Source of the DNA: Octopus vulgaris
Lineage: Eukaryota
DNA: 64,000 nucleotides
NCBI GenBank assembly: GCA_951406725.2
Contig: OX597838.1
Span: 18,414,001 to 18,478,000, forward strand
Direction: 5' to 3'
How positions within the stretch are numbered: position 1 is the stretch's first letter; each line of letters starts with the position of its first letter. Shown here one piece after another: positions 1 to 15,699 of the stretch. The notes beneath the pieces were generated by a model, which saw only the letters and a list, made by a program, of their open reading frames with translations, made no database searches and was not told where the DNA came from. Position numbers and translations under genes: made by a program.

Positions 1-165
1 TGTGTATTTTTATAAACACATACATATATCTATATATATGAAAATGTATGTATATATATATATATATATCATATATATATATATATATATACGTATGCGT
101 GTATGTGTATTACACATGCATACACACACGTATATACACTAACACACACACACACACGCACACAC

Positions 166-202
<37 letters not shown>

Positions 203-272
203 ATACGTACACATAATTTTATCTTAATTTCATAAATTACTGTTCTCTCCTCCAAGATGTACTACAACGCCG

Positions 273-1203
<931 letters not shown>

Positions 1204-2085
1204 TTGAATACACTCATTCATACAAACGCGCATACATACACGAGCACACGTATATATATATATACATATAACTTACATACACACACCTCACACACACCAC
1301 GCACAAGCACATACATGTTCATACGCAGACACACACATATATATACAATCACAGATGCATACACACACCATACACGCACACACACGCACACACACACACA
1401 CACACACATACACACACACACACGCATACACTTATATATAATGCATTTTTTTCCTCACTTTCTTGTCCCGACTTCAATCGCCAGACTACTGACCCTCTCG
1501 TTTAAATTTTTTTCTCTCTCTCCTTCTCTCCCCCACCCCGCCCCTCTCTCTCTCTCTTTTCTTTCCTATCGAGTATTGCATATATAAAAAAAAAATCGGT
1601 AAAGCTAATTCTGAATGGAAAAATGTATAGTTATCGATAAATCGATTGCCCCTTAGGAAGCCATGCAATTATCTTTTCTTTCTTTTTTTTCTCACCCCAC
1701 TTTCTCTTTTCTATACTCTTTCAAGCTGTGATATCTTTAACTGGTTTTGTTATGCCGGTTGTTGTTCTTGGTTTTATCACATGATACACCCACATACACA
1801 GACCCACACAAACACACACTTATATACACACATACACATATATACACATATTGATATTTTTATCTGCATTTTCTCCACTTCATCACTTTTACTCCTGTCT
1901 GATACACGCGCACGTAAAACTACTTGCATATATGCATGTATATATATATATGTGTGTGTATATATATATGTGCAAATGTATATGCATATACACATCTATA
2001 AACATATATACATACACATACATATATACGCCTGTACAATAATACGTATATGAATATGTAAATATATAAATATAAACACACATAC

Positions 2086-2140
<55 letters not shown>

Positions 2141-2697
2141 TATACACACACATACATATGTTTATTCATTTGTATATATATATATATACACATGCATACA
2201 TATATATATACATATATCTATACATGAGTGTGTGTGTATGTGTGCGTGTGTGTGCAAACATGCACATATAAACATACTCGAATATATATATATATGTGTG
2301 TGCGTGTGTGTGTGTGTGTGTGTGTTTGTGTGTGTGTGTATGTGTGTGTATGTGTGTGTGCGTGTGTGTGTATGTATGTATATGTATAGAGTGCTAGGTA
2401 TGGTGTACAGAAATTGAATAGTGAGAAAAAAAGTTGCTCACACTTTTGGAAAAAAAATCTTTTTATTTCTTCATTATTATTAGCGCTTTCGTTTGTTTCT
2501 CGAACTTGTCAAATAGAATTTTGTAAATGTACAAACAGCTTGTTCATTTATATAAAACATGTTCCTGGGAGCTTTTGTTTAGTAGAGGAGAACATTTTTT
2601 TTTTGTTTTTTCTTTTTGGTGGGGTGAGTTTCCATGACAATGGAAATAGATCGATAGAAATACACACACACACATACACACGCACATATATACATAT

Positions 2698-2839
2698 ATA
2701 CGACGGGCTTCTTTCAGTTTCCGTCTATCAAATCCACTCACAAGGCTTTGGTCGGCCCGAGGCTATAGTAGAAGAGACTGAACCCGGAACCATGTGTTTG
2801 GTAAGCAAGCTACTCTTACCACACAGCCACTCCTGCGCC
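2698..2839 (-). mobile_element. tRNA-derived SINE family B, 5' fragment
   Basis: Reverse complement of the head ggcgcaggagtggctgtgtggtaag...ggatttgatagacggaaactgaaagaagcccgtcg seen in the full copy at 38828. Confidence 0.8.
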
Positions 2840-2846
2840 TATATAT

Positions 2847-2925
<79 letters not shown>

Positions 2926-3307
2926 TCTCTCTCTATATAAACGGCAGTTTGTCTGTGCGTTTTCTGTGTGTCTGTTTTCTCGTACCCTCACCCTGACCAC
3001 GCCTTTCAACCGATTCTGATGAAACTTGACACACACATAGCCCAATGTCATAATTCAAAACTAACGCAGCGAAAATTTTGAAAAGTTCCCCCAGTTCTGA
3101 AAAAAATCGATAAATTCGACATGGGGTCGAGAATCAGAAACCCAAACCGCAGACCGTCTAGGGGACGCAACTCCACCTTTTTTAACTCTAAAAAAATTTA
3201 CCATCATTTTTTTCCCATTTTTTTGCTATTTTTTGGCTATAACTCTCTAAAAATGCTTTATAGTTATTTCCCTTACAAACCTGAGCAACGCCGGGCGATA
3301 CTGCTAG
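2926..3307 (+). mobile_element. Non-autonomous Helitron-like element
   Basis: 5' TC..TATATAAA start, internal tctg/tgtg repeats, subterminal hairpin cctgagcaacgccggg, 3' CTAG followed by T. Confidence 0.7.
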
Positions 3308-3326
3308 TATATATATACATATATAT

Positions 3327-3380
<54 letters not shown>

Positions 3381-3890
3381 TTACATATGTGTGTATATTT
3401 CCCTTCCATCGACCATTTTTCCACTTCTCTTTCTCCATAACCTAACTCCCGACCCCCTCAACCACTCCGTCCCTACTGCCACTACCACTGCCACCGTTGC
3501 CACAGCACCTAGAAACCATTCACATCTCTCTCTCTCTCTGCTCTTATATATATATTTAATATATGTATCTTCCGCCCATTCGCTCTCTCCTGGACCTAGA
3601 TACTGCACATATCCCCCCCCTGCTTTGTTCTCAGTCTTTCATCCTCTCTTTCCTTCCTTCCCTTCTTCCCTATTTCTTTCCTCCTCGTTATTAACAACGT
3701 TCCGTCTTCCCTTCACTCTCAATCGCTATCTCTCACTCTCCCTCTCTTTCGCGCTCCTTCATTCTCTCTCTCTCTTTCTCTCTCTTCCGCCGCCGACATT
3801 CCTCCGACACGAATACCATGACAGGTATTTTTATATGCATTTTTATAAGTATTTTTATGTCATATATATATATATATATATATATGCATG

Positions 3891-3954
<64 letters not shown>

Positions 3955-3999
3955 CATACATATATACACACTCACATATATATACACACAGATATATAT

Positions 4000-4085
<86 letters not shown>

Positions 4086-4614
4086 ATATATATATATATA
4101 CATACATACATATAAGTGTATGTCTGCGTGTGTGTCCGTATGTGGCTGTGTGTGGGCAAAATGCATAAAAATGGAGTCCTTGCTTATAAATAATACGAAA
4201 GAAAAAAGAAAGCGTGTCAAATGAAATAGTGTTATTTCCTCTTTTGTAAGAAGGGAATAAATTTGGTTGCATCACTTTGACAGAAAAGACATTACTACCT
4301 TGATGTGAATCAGGTTTTTACACGCCAAATGATCGCGGTCATATTGACAATAAATGTCTGGTTCCTTGTTAGGTATGGAACCAACGCATGAAGTAAATGA
4401 TTCGCGTTCCTTTAAATACAGAAGCTGGCCGCTTTTTTTTTTCTATCTTTTACTTGTTGCAGTCATTCTACTGCGGCCATGCTGGAGCACCACCTTCAAG
4501 CGTTTCCGTCTAACAAATCCAACCCATGAGTTATTTTCTCTTAAAAAAGCTTAGTACTTACCCAATCGATTTAACCAGCTGTCTGGCGGTTATTGTTAAC
4601 AAACACATACACTA

Positions 4615-4649
<35 letters not shown>

Positions 4650-4788
4650 CACATACACACAATGAGACTACCACACACATGCACACAGAGATACACACAT
4701 ATAAGACGGACGTTTATTTTATAGATCACAAAGGGATAAAGGCAAAGATGGCGTTCGCGCGATTTCAACCCTGAACATAAGCTGGACC

Positions 4789-6191
4789 AATCCTTTCTAC
4801 TATAGGCACAAGGCCTGAAATTTTGGGGGAGAGGACTAGTCGATTATATCGACCCCAGTGTTTCACTGGTACTTAATTTATCGACCCCGAAAGGATGAAA
4901 GGCAAAGTCGACCTTGGCGGATTTTGAACTCAGGACGCAGCCGCAGGCGAAATACCTATATTTTTACTGCCCACAAGGAGCTAAACACAGAGAGGACAAA
5001 CAAGGACACACACACGGATTAAGTCGATTATATCGACCCCAGTGCGTAACTGGTACTTAATTTATCGACCCCGAAAGGATGAAAGGCAAAGTCGACCTCG
5101 GCGGAATTTGAGCTCAGAACGCAGCCGCAGGCGAAATACTTATTTCTTTACTACCCACAAGGGGCTACACACAGAGGGGACAAACATGGACAGACAAACG
5201 GATTAAGTCGATAATATCGACCCCAGTGCGTAACTGGTACTTATTTAATCGACCCCGAAAGGATGAAAGGCAAAGTCGACCTTGGCGGAATTTGAACTCA
5301 GAACGTAACGGCAGACGGAATACGGCTACGTATTTCGCCCGGCGTGCTAACGTTTCTGCCAGCTCGCCGCCTTTAGAATAAGTACCTATTTCTTTATTGC
5401 TCACAAGGGGCTAAACATAGAGAGGACAAACATGGACAGACAAACGGATTAAGTCGATAATATCGACCCCAGTGCGTAACTGGTACTTATTTAATCGACC
5501 CCGAAAGGATGAAAGGCAAAGTCGACCTTGGCGGAATTTGAACTCAGAACATAACGGCAGACGGAATACGGCTACGTATTTCACCCGGCGTGCTAACGTT
5601 TCTGCCAGCTCGCTGCCTTTTAACTTATATGGAACGCTTCCCTAATTTATGTGTCATCCTTGCGTAGGGGCCATGCTAATCTTCGCTGTATCGTTCCAAT
5701 TTTAGAATATGTACCTATTTCTTTATTACCCACAAGGGGCTAAACACTCAGGGGACAAACAAGGACAGACATAGGTATTAAGTCGATTACATTGACCCCA
5801 GTGCGTAACTGGTACTTAATTTATCGACCCCGAAAGGATGAAAGGCAAAGTCGACCTCGGCGGAATTTGAACTCACAACGTAACGCAGACGAAATACCGC
5901 TAAGCATTTCGCCCGGCGTGCTAACGTTTCTGCCAGCTCGCCGCCTTTAGAATAAGTACCTATTTCTTTATTGCCCACAAGGGGCTAAACATAGAGGGGA
6001 CAAATAAGGACAGACAAACGGATTAAGTCGATTACATCGACCCCAGTGCTTAACTGGTACTTATTTAATCGACCCCGAAAGGATGAAAGGCAAAGTCGAC
6101 CTCGGCGGAATTTGAACTCAGAACGTAACGGCAGACGAAATACGGCTACGCATTTCGTCCGGCGTGCAACCGTTTCTGCCAGCTCGCCGCC
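4789..6191 (-). mobile_element. Tandem array of six tRNA-derived SINEs (family A, Meta-domain-like): 4789-4956, 4957-5140, 5141-5371, 5387-5617, 5716-5945, 5961-6191
   Basis: Head ggcggcgagctggcagaaacgttagc, B-box gagttcaaattcc, central gcctttcatcctttcggggtcgataaattaagtaccag resembling the MetaSINE domain; tail aataaagaaata in five copies, different tail in 4789-4956. Confidence 0.88.
5627..5715 (-). pseudogene. RNU6: U6 snRNA copy (main body), diverged and interrupted by SINEs
   Basis: Reverse complement ggtacatattctaaaattggaacgatacagcgaagattagcatggcccctacgcaaggatgacacataaattagggaagcgttccatat closely matches canonical U6; ACAGAGA box reads ACAGCGA. Confidence 0.9.
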
Positions 6192-6219
6192 TTTAGAATA
6201 TGTACCGCCGTACGTAAGC
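6192..6219 (-). pseudogene. RNU6: Displaced 5' end of the U6 copy
   Basis: gcttacgtacggcggtacatattctaaa resembles the U6 5' stem-loop; its last 15 nt are duplicated at 5701-5715 (TSD). Confidence 0.7.
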
Positions 6220-6553
6220 TGGAACAATACCGCATTCTGCCCGGCACTCTATCAACTCTAGCAAAATCGTTCACAGAAAAAAACACAAAACGAAGGAACC
6301 ATGAGCTGCAGCAGTAGTAGTCGTAGCAGCAGCAACAGCAGCAGCACGTGTTGCGCACGTGTGAAGATAACATCTTACTTCAGTGTAATAACGTATATCA
6401 AGAATACAATTAATTATTGTTAAAAGGTGATTATACTAACACGATAATTACACCAGTAACATTGATTAGTGATATCACATTTTATCAATCAGTCTATCAA
6501 TTTGGCTTTCTATCACTCTCTTTCTCTGTCAGTCACCCAGTCTGTCTATCTGC

Positions 6554-7085
<532 letters not shown>

Positions 7086-7349
7086 AGCATTATACATCAT
7101 AAATACTTATATTGCTATAAATATATAATCTTACTGTGCATGTATCTATAAACTTTATATCTATCTATCTACACACACTCACACAAATCCACATATATCT
7201 CATATAAGTATTTATATATGTGTGTTTGTGTGCGTCTGTGCGTGTACGTGTATGTGCGTGTATGTATGTATATAAATGTATGCCTCATACGTACGATAAT
7301 TATCCGCATAACTTACACTTAAATATTTGGTACTACTCAAGGACAAATG

Positions 7350-7385
<36 letters not shown>

Positions 7386-7751
7386 TACACACATACGCAT
7401 ACACATACAGACAGAGTGTCATCTACACAATGCGGCAATCATAATCTGAATTGCTATTTCTCTACGCCTAGACACTACTCATAATGGAGATGATTGACAA
7501 TCAGCCGCCTTATTTGATAGTGTTTATTATTTTATTTATATTACTCTAGAAAAATTAGCGGAGACGAAATTGCTTTTATTCATCTTTAATATAGGAATAG
7601 GCCGACTTGAGTGGTATGAATCTTGCTTCACAACCAAATGGTTCCGGATTCAGTTCCACTGCATGGTATCTTGGGCGACTGTCTTCAAATTTATCCCTGG
7701 GTCGCCCAAAACCTCGTGATCGGATTTGACAGACGGAAACTGAGAGAGACC

Positions 7752-7808
<57 letters not shown>

Positions 7809-7810
<2 letters not shown>

Positions 7811-8002
7811 AGAGTTTACGAAAAAAACAAAAGACGAAGACAGGTGGTGTACAAAACAAACAGATGTATTAGTATAACGCTCAGGAATAGAAAAAGTATT
7901 TTTACATTTCGAGCCTACGCTCTTCTACAGAAAGGGACACAGAAAAAAACAAGGAGAGAAACAAGGGAGAAAAAAAATGTGTGTAGTGGCTAACTATCAT
8001 GG

Positions 8003-8005
<3 letters not shown>
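7809..8005 (-). mobile_element. Short (~200 bp) (TA)n-associated element with minimal hammerhead-like motif (family H1)
   Basis: Homologous to 21993-22187; reverse strand cttt-CTGTAGAA-gagc gtag gctc-GAAA-tgta. Confidence 0.65.
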
Positions 8006-8061
<56 letters not shown>

Positions 8062-8804
8062 CTGTAGATAGATAGATAGATATACATTTGTATGTATGTA
8101 TGTATATATGTATGAATGTATATGTATATATATATATATATGTGTATATATATATATGCTTGCATGTGCGTCTTAGTGTATGTGTTTGTTGTCCACAACT
8201 GCTTGACAACCGACATTGGTTTGTTAATGTCCTCGTAAATAGCAGATCGGCAAACAGAGCCCCATAGAGTAAGTACTTGGCTTAAAAATATAAGTACAGG
8301 AGTCAATTTTTTTTTTCCTTTTGACTAAAACCTTTGAGTGAATTTTCGTACACCAGGTTTTCACCACGGTAGATGTCTTAAATGTTTTGAGATTTTTAAG
8401 AATAGCGTCGTGGCACCATTTCTCTAAAGGTCATGCACCATATCCGTTATATATTATGAAGAATTTGCATCGAGATATCTCGATTCGCGTCTTTACAACA
8501 TCCTGTTACCTCGTATGTATATATATATATATGTATGTATGTTTGTGTACGTGTGTGTTAGTGTACGTGTGTATGTGTGCATGTGTGTGTGTATCGAGGT
8601 AGCATCACACTTTTGTTCAGTGTAAACATTTTCCCTAATCTTTAAGATCTTTGCTAAGCGCTTTTTCATACAGAAATATATTGCATTGTATCAATTTGAT
8701 GTTATATAAATATTACACCTCCACACACACTCTGATATACACACTCATGTACGCTTGCTCAGACTCTCATACACATAAACACAATTTTTATGTTGCTGTG
8801 TATT

Positions 8805-9132
8805 CTTTTATTCTTTTATTCTTTTAGTCTTTTATTCTTTCATTTGTTTCAGTCATTTGACTTGCGGCCATGCTGGAGCACCGCCTTAAAAAGTTTTAGT
8901 CGAAGAAATCGACCCCTGGACTTATTCTTCGTAAGCCTAGTATTTATTCTATCGGTTCTTCTTTGCTAAACCGATAAGTTACGGCGACATACACACTAGC
9001 ATCGGTTGTCAAGTGATGGAAGGGGGACAAACACAGACAGATATATATATACATATATATACGACAAGCTTCTTTCAGTTTCCAACTACCAATAATTCCA
9101 CTCACAAAGCATTGGTCGGCCCAAGGCTACTG
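8805..9132 (-). mobile_element. SINE family B, partial
   Basis: tgtttcagtcatttgac..gcggccatgctggagcaccgcc tail module. Confidence 0.8.
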
Positions 9133-9134
9133 TA

Positions 9135-9668
9135 AAATGATTTTTTTATATATAGAAGATGGAGGTGGAAATAGCACAGAAGTAAATCTAAAACATTTCA
9201 TAAAGAAAATATAAAATATGACCGGTTTCAACGATGAATCTCATATTTTCAAATACTAGCAAAAATTTATAAAAACTTATCTTCTGTCGGGGGTCAAAAA
9301 CATGCCAGGAGTTTTTTTCGTTGAAATCTTCTTTAAATATAGATTGATATAGAGTTCAAGGTGTTTGAGAAGGTATGTAGTTGTCTATTGTCTAAAAAAG
9401 AGATTCTCTTTAAAAAAGACTTCAACGAAAAAAGTCCACCCATGTTTTTGTCCCCCAGACAGAAAATAAACTGCTTTTATTTCAAATTTATATAAATTTT
9501 TACCTAATTTTTAATAAGATGAGATTCATCATCGAAACCGGTATTATTCTATATTTCCTTTATATAATTTTTAAAACATTTTATCAAATTCCTTCTTTAA
9601 TTGAAATGTCTTAGGTTTACTTTTGTGCTATTTCCACCTCAATCTTCTACATATAAAAAAATTCATTT
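9135..9668. mobile_element. Diverged long inverted repeat (arms ~9135-9336 and ~9409-9668) with degenerate hammerheads; Penelope-like relic
   Basis: Arms are reverse complements (e.g. gaggtggaaatagcaca / tgtgctatttccacctc); contains GATGA-gat..atc-GAAAC-cg-GTA; ends next to (TA)n. Confidence 0.7.
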
Positions 9669-9693
9669 GTGTAAATACTTCTAATCTCTTTTC

Positions 9694-9748
<55 letters not shown>

Positions 9749-9752
<4 letters not shown>

Positions 9753-9934
9753 GGTCCCGGTTGATTCGGGTTAACCACAGTAAATAAGGTACTCAATACA
9801 TAGCAGAGTAAAATTAATTTATTATATAGAAGGAGTTATGTGTTTCATTCAAGAGAAATAGGAAATCTTCAGTTCCTGAAGATTTCTCTGAAGAACAGTT
9901 CTAGTCCTGTATATTATATAGCTCATTCTATATA

Positions 9935-9940
<6 letters not shown>
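9749..9940. mobile_element. Small (TA)n-flanked foldback element
   Basis: atttattatatagaa at ~9817 mirrored by ttctatataataaat at ~9926; inner gaaatcttcag / ctgaagatttc; pure TA on both sides. Confidence 0.5.
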
Positions 9941-10005
<65 letters not shown>

Positions 10006-10039
10006 CATGCATGTATGTATGTGTGAGTCCGTGTACATT

Positions 10040-10502
10040 ACTCTTTTACTCTTTTAATCCTTTATTTGTTTCAGTTATTTGACTGCGGCCATGCTGCAAC
10101 ATCGCCTTTAATCTAACAAATCGACTCCGGGACTTATTCTTTATAAGCCCAGTATACTTATTCTATCGGTCTCTTTTGCCGAACCGCTAAGTTACGGGGA
10201 CATAAATACACCGGTTGTCAAGCGATGGAGGAGAGACAAACACAGACACAAGAACACACGGGCACTTACACACACACACATATATGTATCTATGTATATA
10301 TATGTTTATATATGTACATACACACACACACATATGTATACATATACAACGGGCTTTCAGTTTTCGTCTATCAAATTCACACACGTCTTTGGTCGGCCAT
10401 TGGTTACAGTAGCAGACAGTTGCCTAAGGTGCTATGCTGAGGGACTGAACCCAGAATTATGTGGTAGGGAAGCAAGTTTCTTACTACAAAGCCACACCTG
10501 CA
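10040..10502 (-). mobile_element. SINE family B, near full length, diverged
   Basis: Colinear with 38828-39250. Confidence 0.8.
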
Positions 10503-10726
10503 TCTGTATTTCACCCTGTGTTATCCAGTAGTTGTATTACACGTACTTCCAGGTTCGCGCTCAGGCTTCTGCTATATGTGAATAGATAACTGAAAAAATT
10601 GAAGTCAACAAGAAGGAGTAAGGTTGGACATTTACTTTCAAACACTAAGCTTGGAGAACTACGTTGCGTGGAAACAATTGTAGCGATTGAAAATAAATGT
10701 CCAACTGCACTTATTCTTGTTCACTT

Positions 10727-11220
<494 letters not shown>

Positions 11221-11222
<2 letters not shown>

Positions 11223-11478
11223 AGAAAAAGTAATAAATGTGGCCTTTTAAATCCTAACCAGGCTCGTGGACTCGGCTTCCAGGTTTCTACGGCGAATGTG
11301 TTCCCCAGCTGGACGGGACGCCAGTCCATCGCAGCGTTACTCATTTTTGCCAGCTGAGTGGACTGGAGCAACGTGAAATGAAGTGTTTTGCTCAAGAACA
11401 CAACGCGTCGCCCGGTCCAGAAATCGAAACTACAATCTTACGATCATGATGCTGACACCCTAACCACTAGGCCTTCAC
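11221..11478 (-). mobile_element. tRNA-derived SINE with V-domain-like core (family D)
   Basis: Reverse strand: ggcctagtggttagg head, gtttcgatttc B-box, gttcttgagcaaaacactt, ctgcgatggactggcgtcccgtccag typical of V-SINEs. Confidence 0.7.
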
Positions 11479-11485
11479 ATTTCAT

Positions 11486-11534
<49 letters not shown>

Positions 11535-12305
11535 ATGTATGTATGTATGTATGTATGTATGCATGTATGTATGTATGTATGTATGTATGTATGTATGTAC
11601 TTGGATGTGTGTGTGTACATATTTACATACATACATATACATAGACGTACATATATAAACAAACACACACGTATGTGTAGTTTTGAATAATGAGATTCCA
11701 CTCACTCTCTATTAAACACATTGTTCACTATATAATCGTCCATTTTTGCTTCAACTTCACGTTGGTTAAATATCGAACTGATTTCCTCTCTATCACTTTT
11801 CATATCTTTATAAATATCACAAATCCTTTTTTTTTTCTTTTTGTTTTTTCGTGATCGATAAATCGAAGAGACATTACGTGATTTTCTCCCAATTTCAGAG
11901 AATGCCATTTAGTGAATTACTATAAACCGATATCTCCTCTTAATTAGGGTCAATAGAGAAGAGATATATTATATTATATTATATGAGTATCACAAGTAGA
12001 CAAGCGCCATATTGTCTGAAATATTAGATATAGCTGATAACTAACACCGCACACAATGAAGGTATATTATTCTCTGGGTGTTGACCGGCAGTATATGTCT
12101 ATTCATGTATGCATATAAGCAATACATCAAGGTATATACACGCAAAGACATATACACACACATACACGCACATATATAAGTCTATATGCATATATATATT
12201 TATATATACATGTATGTATACATATATTTATATACAAATACATATATATAGGTTCCCTATGTATATGTTTACACACACATACGCGCATATATCTATATCT
12301 ATATG

Positions 12306-12368
<63 letters not shown>

Positions 12369-12374
12369 ATATGT

Positions 12375-12427
<53 letters not shown>

Positions 12428-13074
12428 TGTGTGTGTGTGAATTAGAGGTTGGGAAACCAACCAACTAAGGGATAGTACCTATCCAATATACTCCCGGTAG
12501 TGTGCCCAATTATTCATACCCAAGTGCTGTTTATTGCGTGGCAATCTCGCGATTGAGTGTTATATACGGGTGGGGGTAAAAAGTGGTTTACCCTTAACTT
12601 ATACGGCAAATAAGAAAATGGAAAGACTAAGAATATTGGTGAGTCGTTTGTTGCACATTTGTCTAAATGTTCACTTAGTGGAATCTAAACTGTTAGTAAC
12701 GGTATCATCGTATGAATACTGAGTTTGTTTCTCAAAGTAAACTTCATTTGTCCTATATAATCTTCGTCACATCCGTTACGTTTAACAACACAAATTAATT
12801 TTGTTGTCGGAAAGGTGAGGGCTTTTTTCTAATGAAAAACTTATCCTCTTTTAAATTTATAAGAAAGGTCTAAGCCAGATACAGATTCCACATTTAGAGC
12901 AATTTTTGACAGTTACGTTTGTGTCTTTAACGGATAATTCGTAGTTGGCAAATAAATCTACGGAATTTGGGTTGTCTACTGTTTTAGATTATTTTTTATA
13001 TTTTTTATTCTCGGTTATTGTTTCAATTGTGGTGTGTATTTATGAGGAATTATATATATTTTTGCATTTCTTGT

Positions 13075-13465
13075 GTTGTGTTGTGGTAAGTAGCTTACTT
13101 ACCAACTACATGGTTCCAGCTTCAGTCCCACTGCATGTCACATTGAGCAAGTGTCTTCTATTATAGCCTCGGGCCGACCAAAGCCTTGTGAGTGGATTTG
13201 GTAGACGGAAACTGAAAGAAGCCCGTCGTATATATGTATGGATATATATATATATGTGTGTGTGTTTGTCCCCCACACCATCGCTTCACAACTGATGCTG
13301 GCGTGTTTACGTCCCCGTAACTTTGCGGTTCGGCAAAAGAGACCGATAGAATAAATACTAGGCTTCCAAAGAAGAAGTCCTGGGGGTCGATTTGCTCGAC
13401 TAAAAGGCAGTGCTCCAGCATGGCCGCAGTCAAATGACTGAAACAAGTAAAAACGTAAAAGAGTA
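13075..13465 (+). mobile_element. SINE family B
   Basis: gtggtaagtagctt...ccagcatggccgcagtcaaatgactgaaacaagtaaaa. Confidence 0.88.
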
Positions 13466-13695
13466 ATCCTTTCCGTAAAGACAACTGATAAATTACCTAT
13501 CAAGATGGCGACGCTTACGCTCGACAAACGAATTATACTTAAGACATTAAACATTGCTTTAGCATTCTCACAAACTGATAATTATGAACATTATTAGACA
13601 TGTCTTGCAAGTTGTTTCTAATTCTTTTTCATGAGAGAAGTAATAAAAGTGTCGATGCATTTTGCACATCATGAATAAAAAAATTAGCACGAGTC

Positions 13696-13696
<1 letters not shown>

Positions 13697-13772
<76 letters not shown>

Positions 13773-13825
13773 CATCATTATTATTATTATTATTATCATC
13801 ATTATTATTATTATTATTATTATTA

Positions 13826-13883
<58 letters not shown>

Positions 13884-13912
13884 TATTATTACTATTATTA
13901 TTATTATTATCA

Positions 13913-13950
<38 letters not shown>

Positions 13951-14377
13951 ATTATCATTATTAATTATTATTATTACTATTATTATTATATTATTATTAT
14001 TATTACTATTATTATTATTATTATTATTACTATTATTATTACTATTATTATTATTATTATCATTATTATTATTATTATTATCATCATTATTATTATTATT
14101 ATTATCATTATTATTATCATTATTATTATTATTATTACTATTCTTATTACTATTATTATTATTATTATTATTATCATTATTATTATTATTATTATTATTA
14201 TCATTATTATTATTATTATTAATATTATCATCATCATCATCATCATCATTATTATTATTATTATTATTGTTGTTGTTGTTGTTGTTGTAATTGCTGTTAT
14301 TGTTGTAATTTTTGTTGTTGTTATTGTTGTTGTTGTAATTGTTGTTATTATTGTTGTTGTTGTTGTTGTTGTTGTCG

Positions 14378-14414
<37 letters not shown>

Positions 14415-14440
14415 TATTGTCGTCGTCGTCATTGTTGTTA
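13697..14440. repeat. Compound (ATT)n/(ATC)n/(GTT)n microsatellite
   Basis: Directly visible; forms the 3' tail or target of the adjacent LINE fragment. Confidence 0.95.
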
Positions 14441-14444
14441 TTCA

Positions 14445-15062
14445 TATACACTCAGCAGATTAGATTTCTAATATCGGGCTACAACAAAGTAGCCTTAGAT
14501 GCCAAGAACCCCTCCTATCGGGTTACAGCAAGTAACCTCAGATGCCAAGAACCCTCCCAAGTATCCTAGCCGTCCCTAATAACACTGCTTTCTGCAGCTG
14601 TACTAAACTGGGCTTTATGCCTATTTCCTCTACCCATCTGTTCAGATCTTTAGGGATAGTTCCCAATGCACCTATAACTTACAGGGATAGACTTTACCCG
14701 CACTTTCGATAGTTTCTGTAATTCAATGGCTACGTCCTAGTACTTTGCTATTTTTTCTATATTTTTCATATAAATTTTTTCATCATTTGGAACTGTAAAC
14801 TCAATTATGTGACACTTTCTATTCTACTTATCTATTACTACCAAATCAGGCCTTCTACCTTCTATTAATCTGTCAGTCAGAATATCCCACTACATCTTGT
14901 ATTTCTTATTTTCTAGTACTTTACTAGGTTTACGTTCATACCATTTATCAGTATGTTCAAATCTTAGCTTTCTACAAAGCTCCCAGTGGAATACTCTCCT
15001 TAGACTGTCATGTCTTTTCTTGTATTCCTTCTGTGCCAGCATGCTACATTCATTTACTATAT
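14445..15062 (-). mobile_element. R4/Dong-clade non-LTR retrotransposon 3' fragment (restriction-like endonuclease region), degenerate
   Basis: Minus-strand translation gives KEYKKRHD..FHWELC, RRPDLVVID, KIAKY, LQKAVLLGTARILGRVL*; 3' end runs into AAT repeats. Confidence 0.8.
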
Positions 15063-15067
15063 ATGAG

Positions 15068-15624
15068 TAACGCCCTGATGCAGTACCAGGCGGTGGCTCT
15101 CGTGGTTTCTGATCTTAACTGATTGGAAGTGTTATCATGTACATTGCTTTGTCTTGGTATAAAAGATGGACTACAGAAAATATCTTGCTCAATACCACAG
15201 ATTTGCTTGTCAGTTGTTTGACCTTAACCAGTTGACCATGTCCCTTAGTGGCTGACGATATGTGCATCTCTGATCATGAGTAGAAATAGTGGAGGAGCAT
15301 CATAACCATGTGTTGAGAGGGATTCTTTGGGGTTTGAATAATTCACCTCTGGAAATATGGGTGTTTCGTTCAACATCCTTAAACAACCCTTAGTCAGGGA
15401 CCTTTTGAGCGGGATGGGCTACTCGATCAGAAAAATATCTAACTGGGCCCCCACCTGCAAGGTCATGTGCTGTTTATCTTGATATGAGATCACCATGTCA
15501 AGCAAATATGGTTGTGATGCATGTGCATAGTGTACCCTTGTCAGACGGGTAGTCATGATGGGTATACTGGGCTTCGTATATTTTACCCAGTGTCACTTTG
15601 ATGGCATGCACTGCTCTCTCACTC

Positions 15625-15625
<1 letters not shown>
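15068..15625 (+). mobile_element. Probable LINE 3' UTR or non-autonomous retroelement ending in (AAT)n
   Basis: Complex non-coding block ending abruptly in a perfect (AAT)n tail at 15625. Confidence 0.4.
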
Positions 15626-15698
<73 letters not shown>

Positions 15699-15699
15699 T

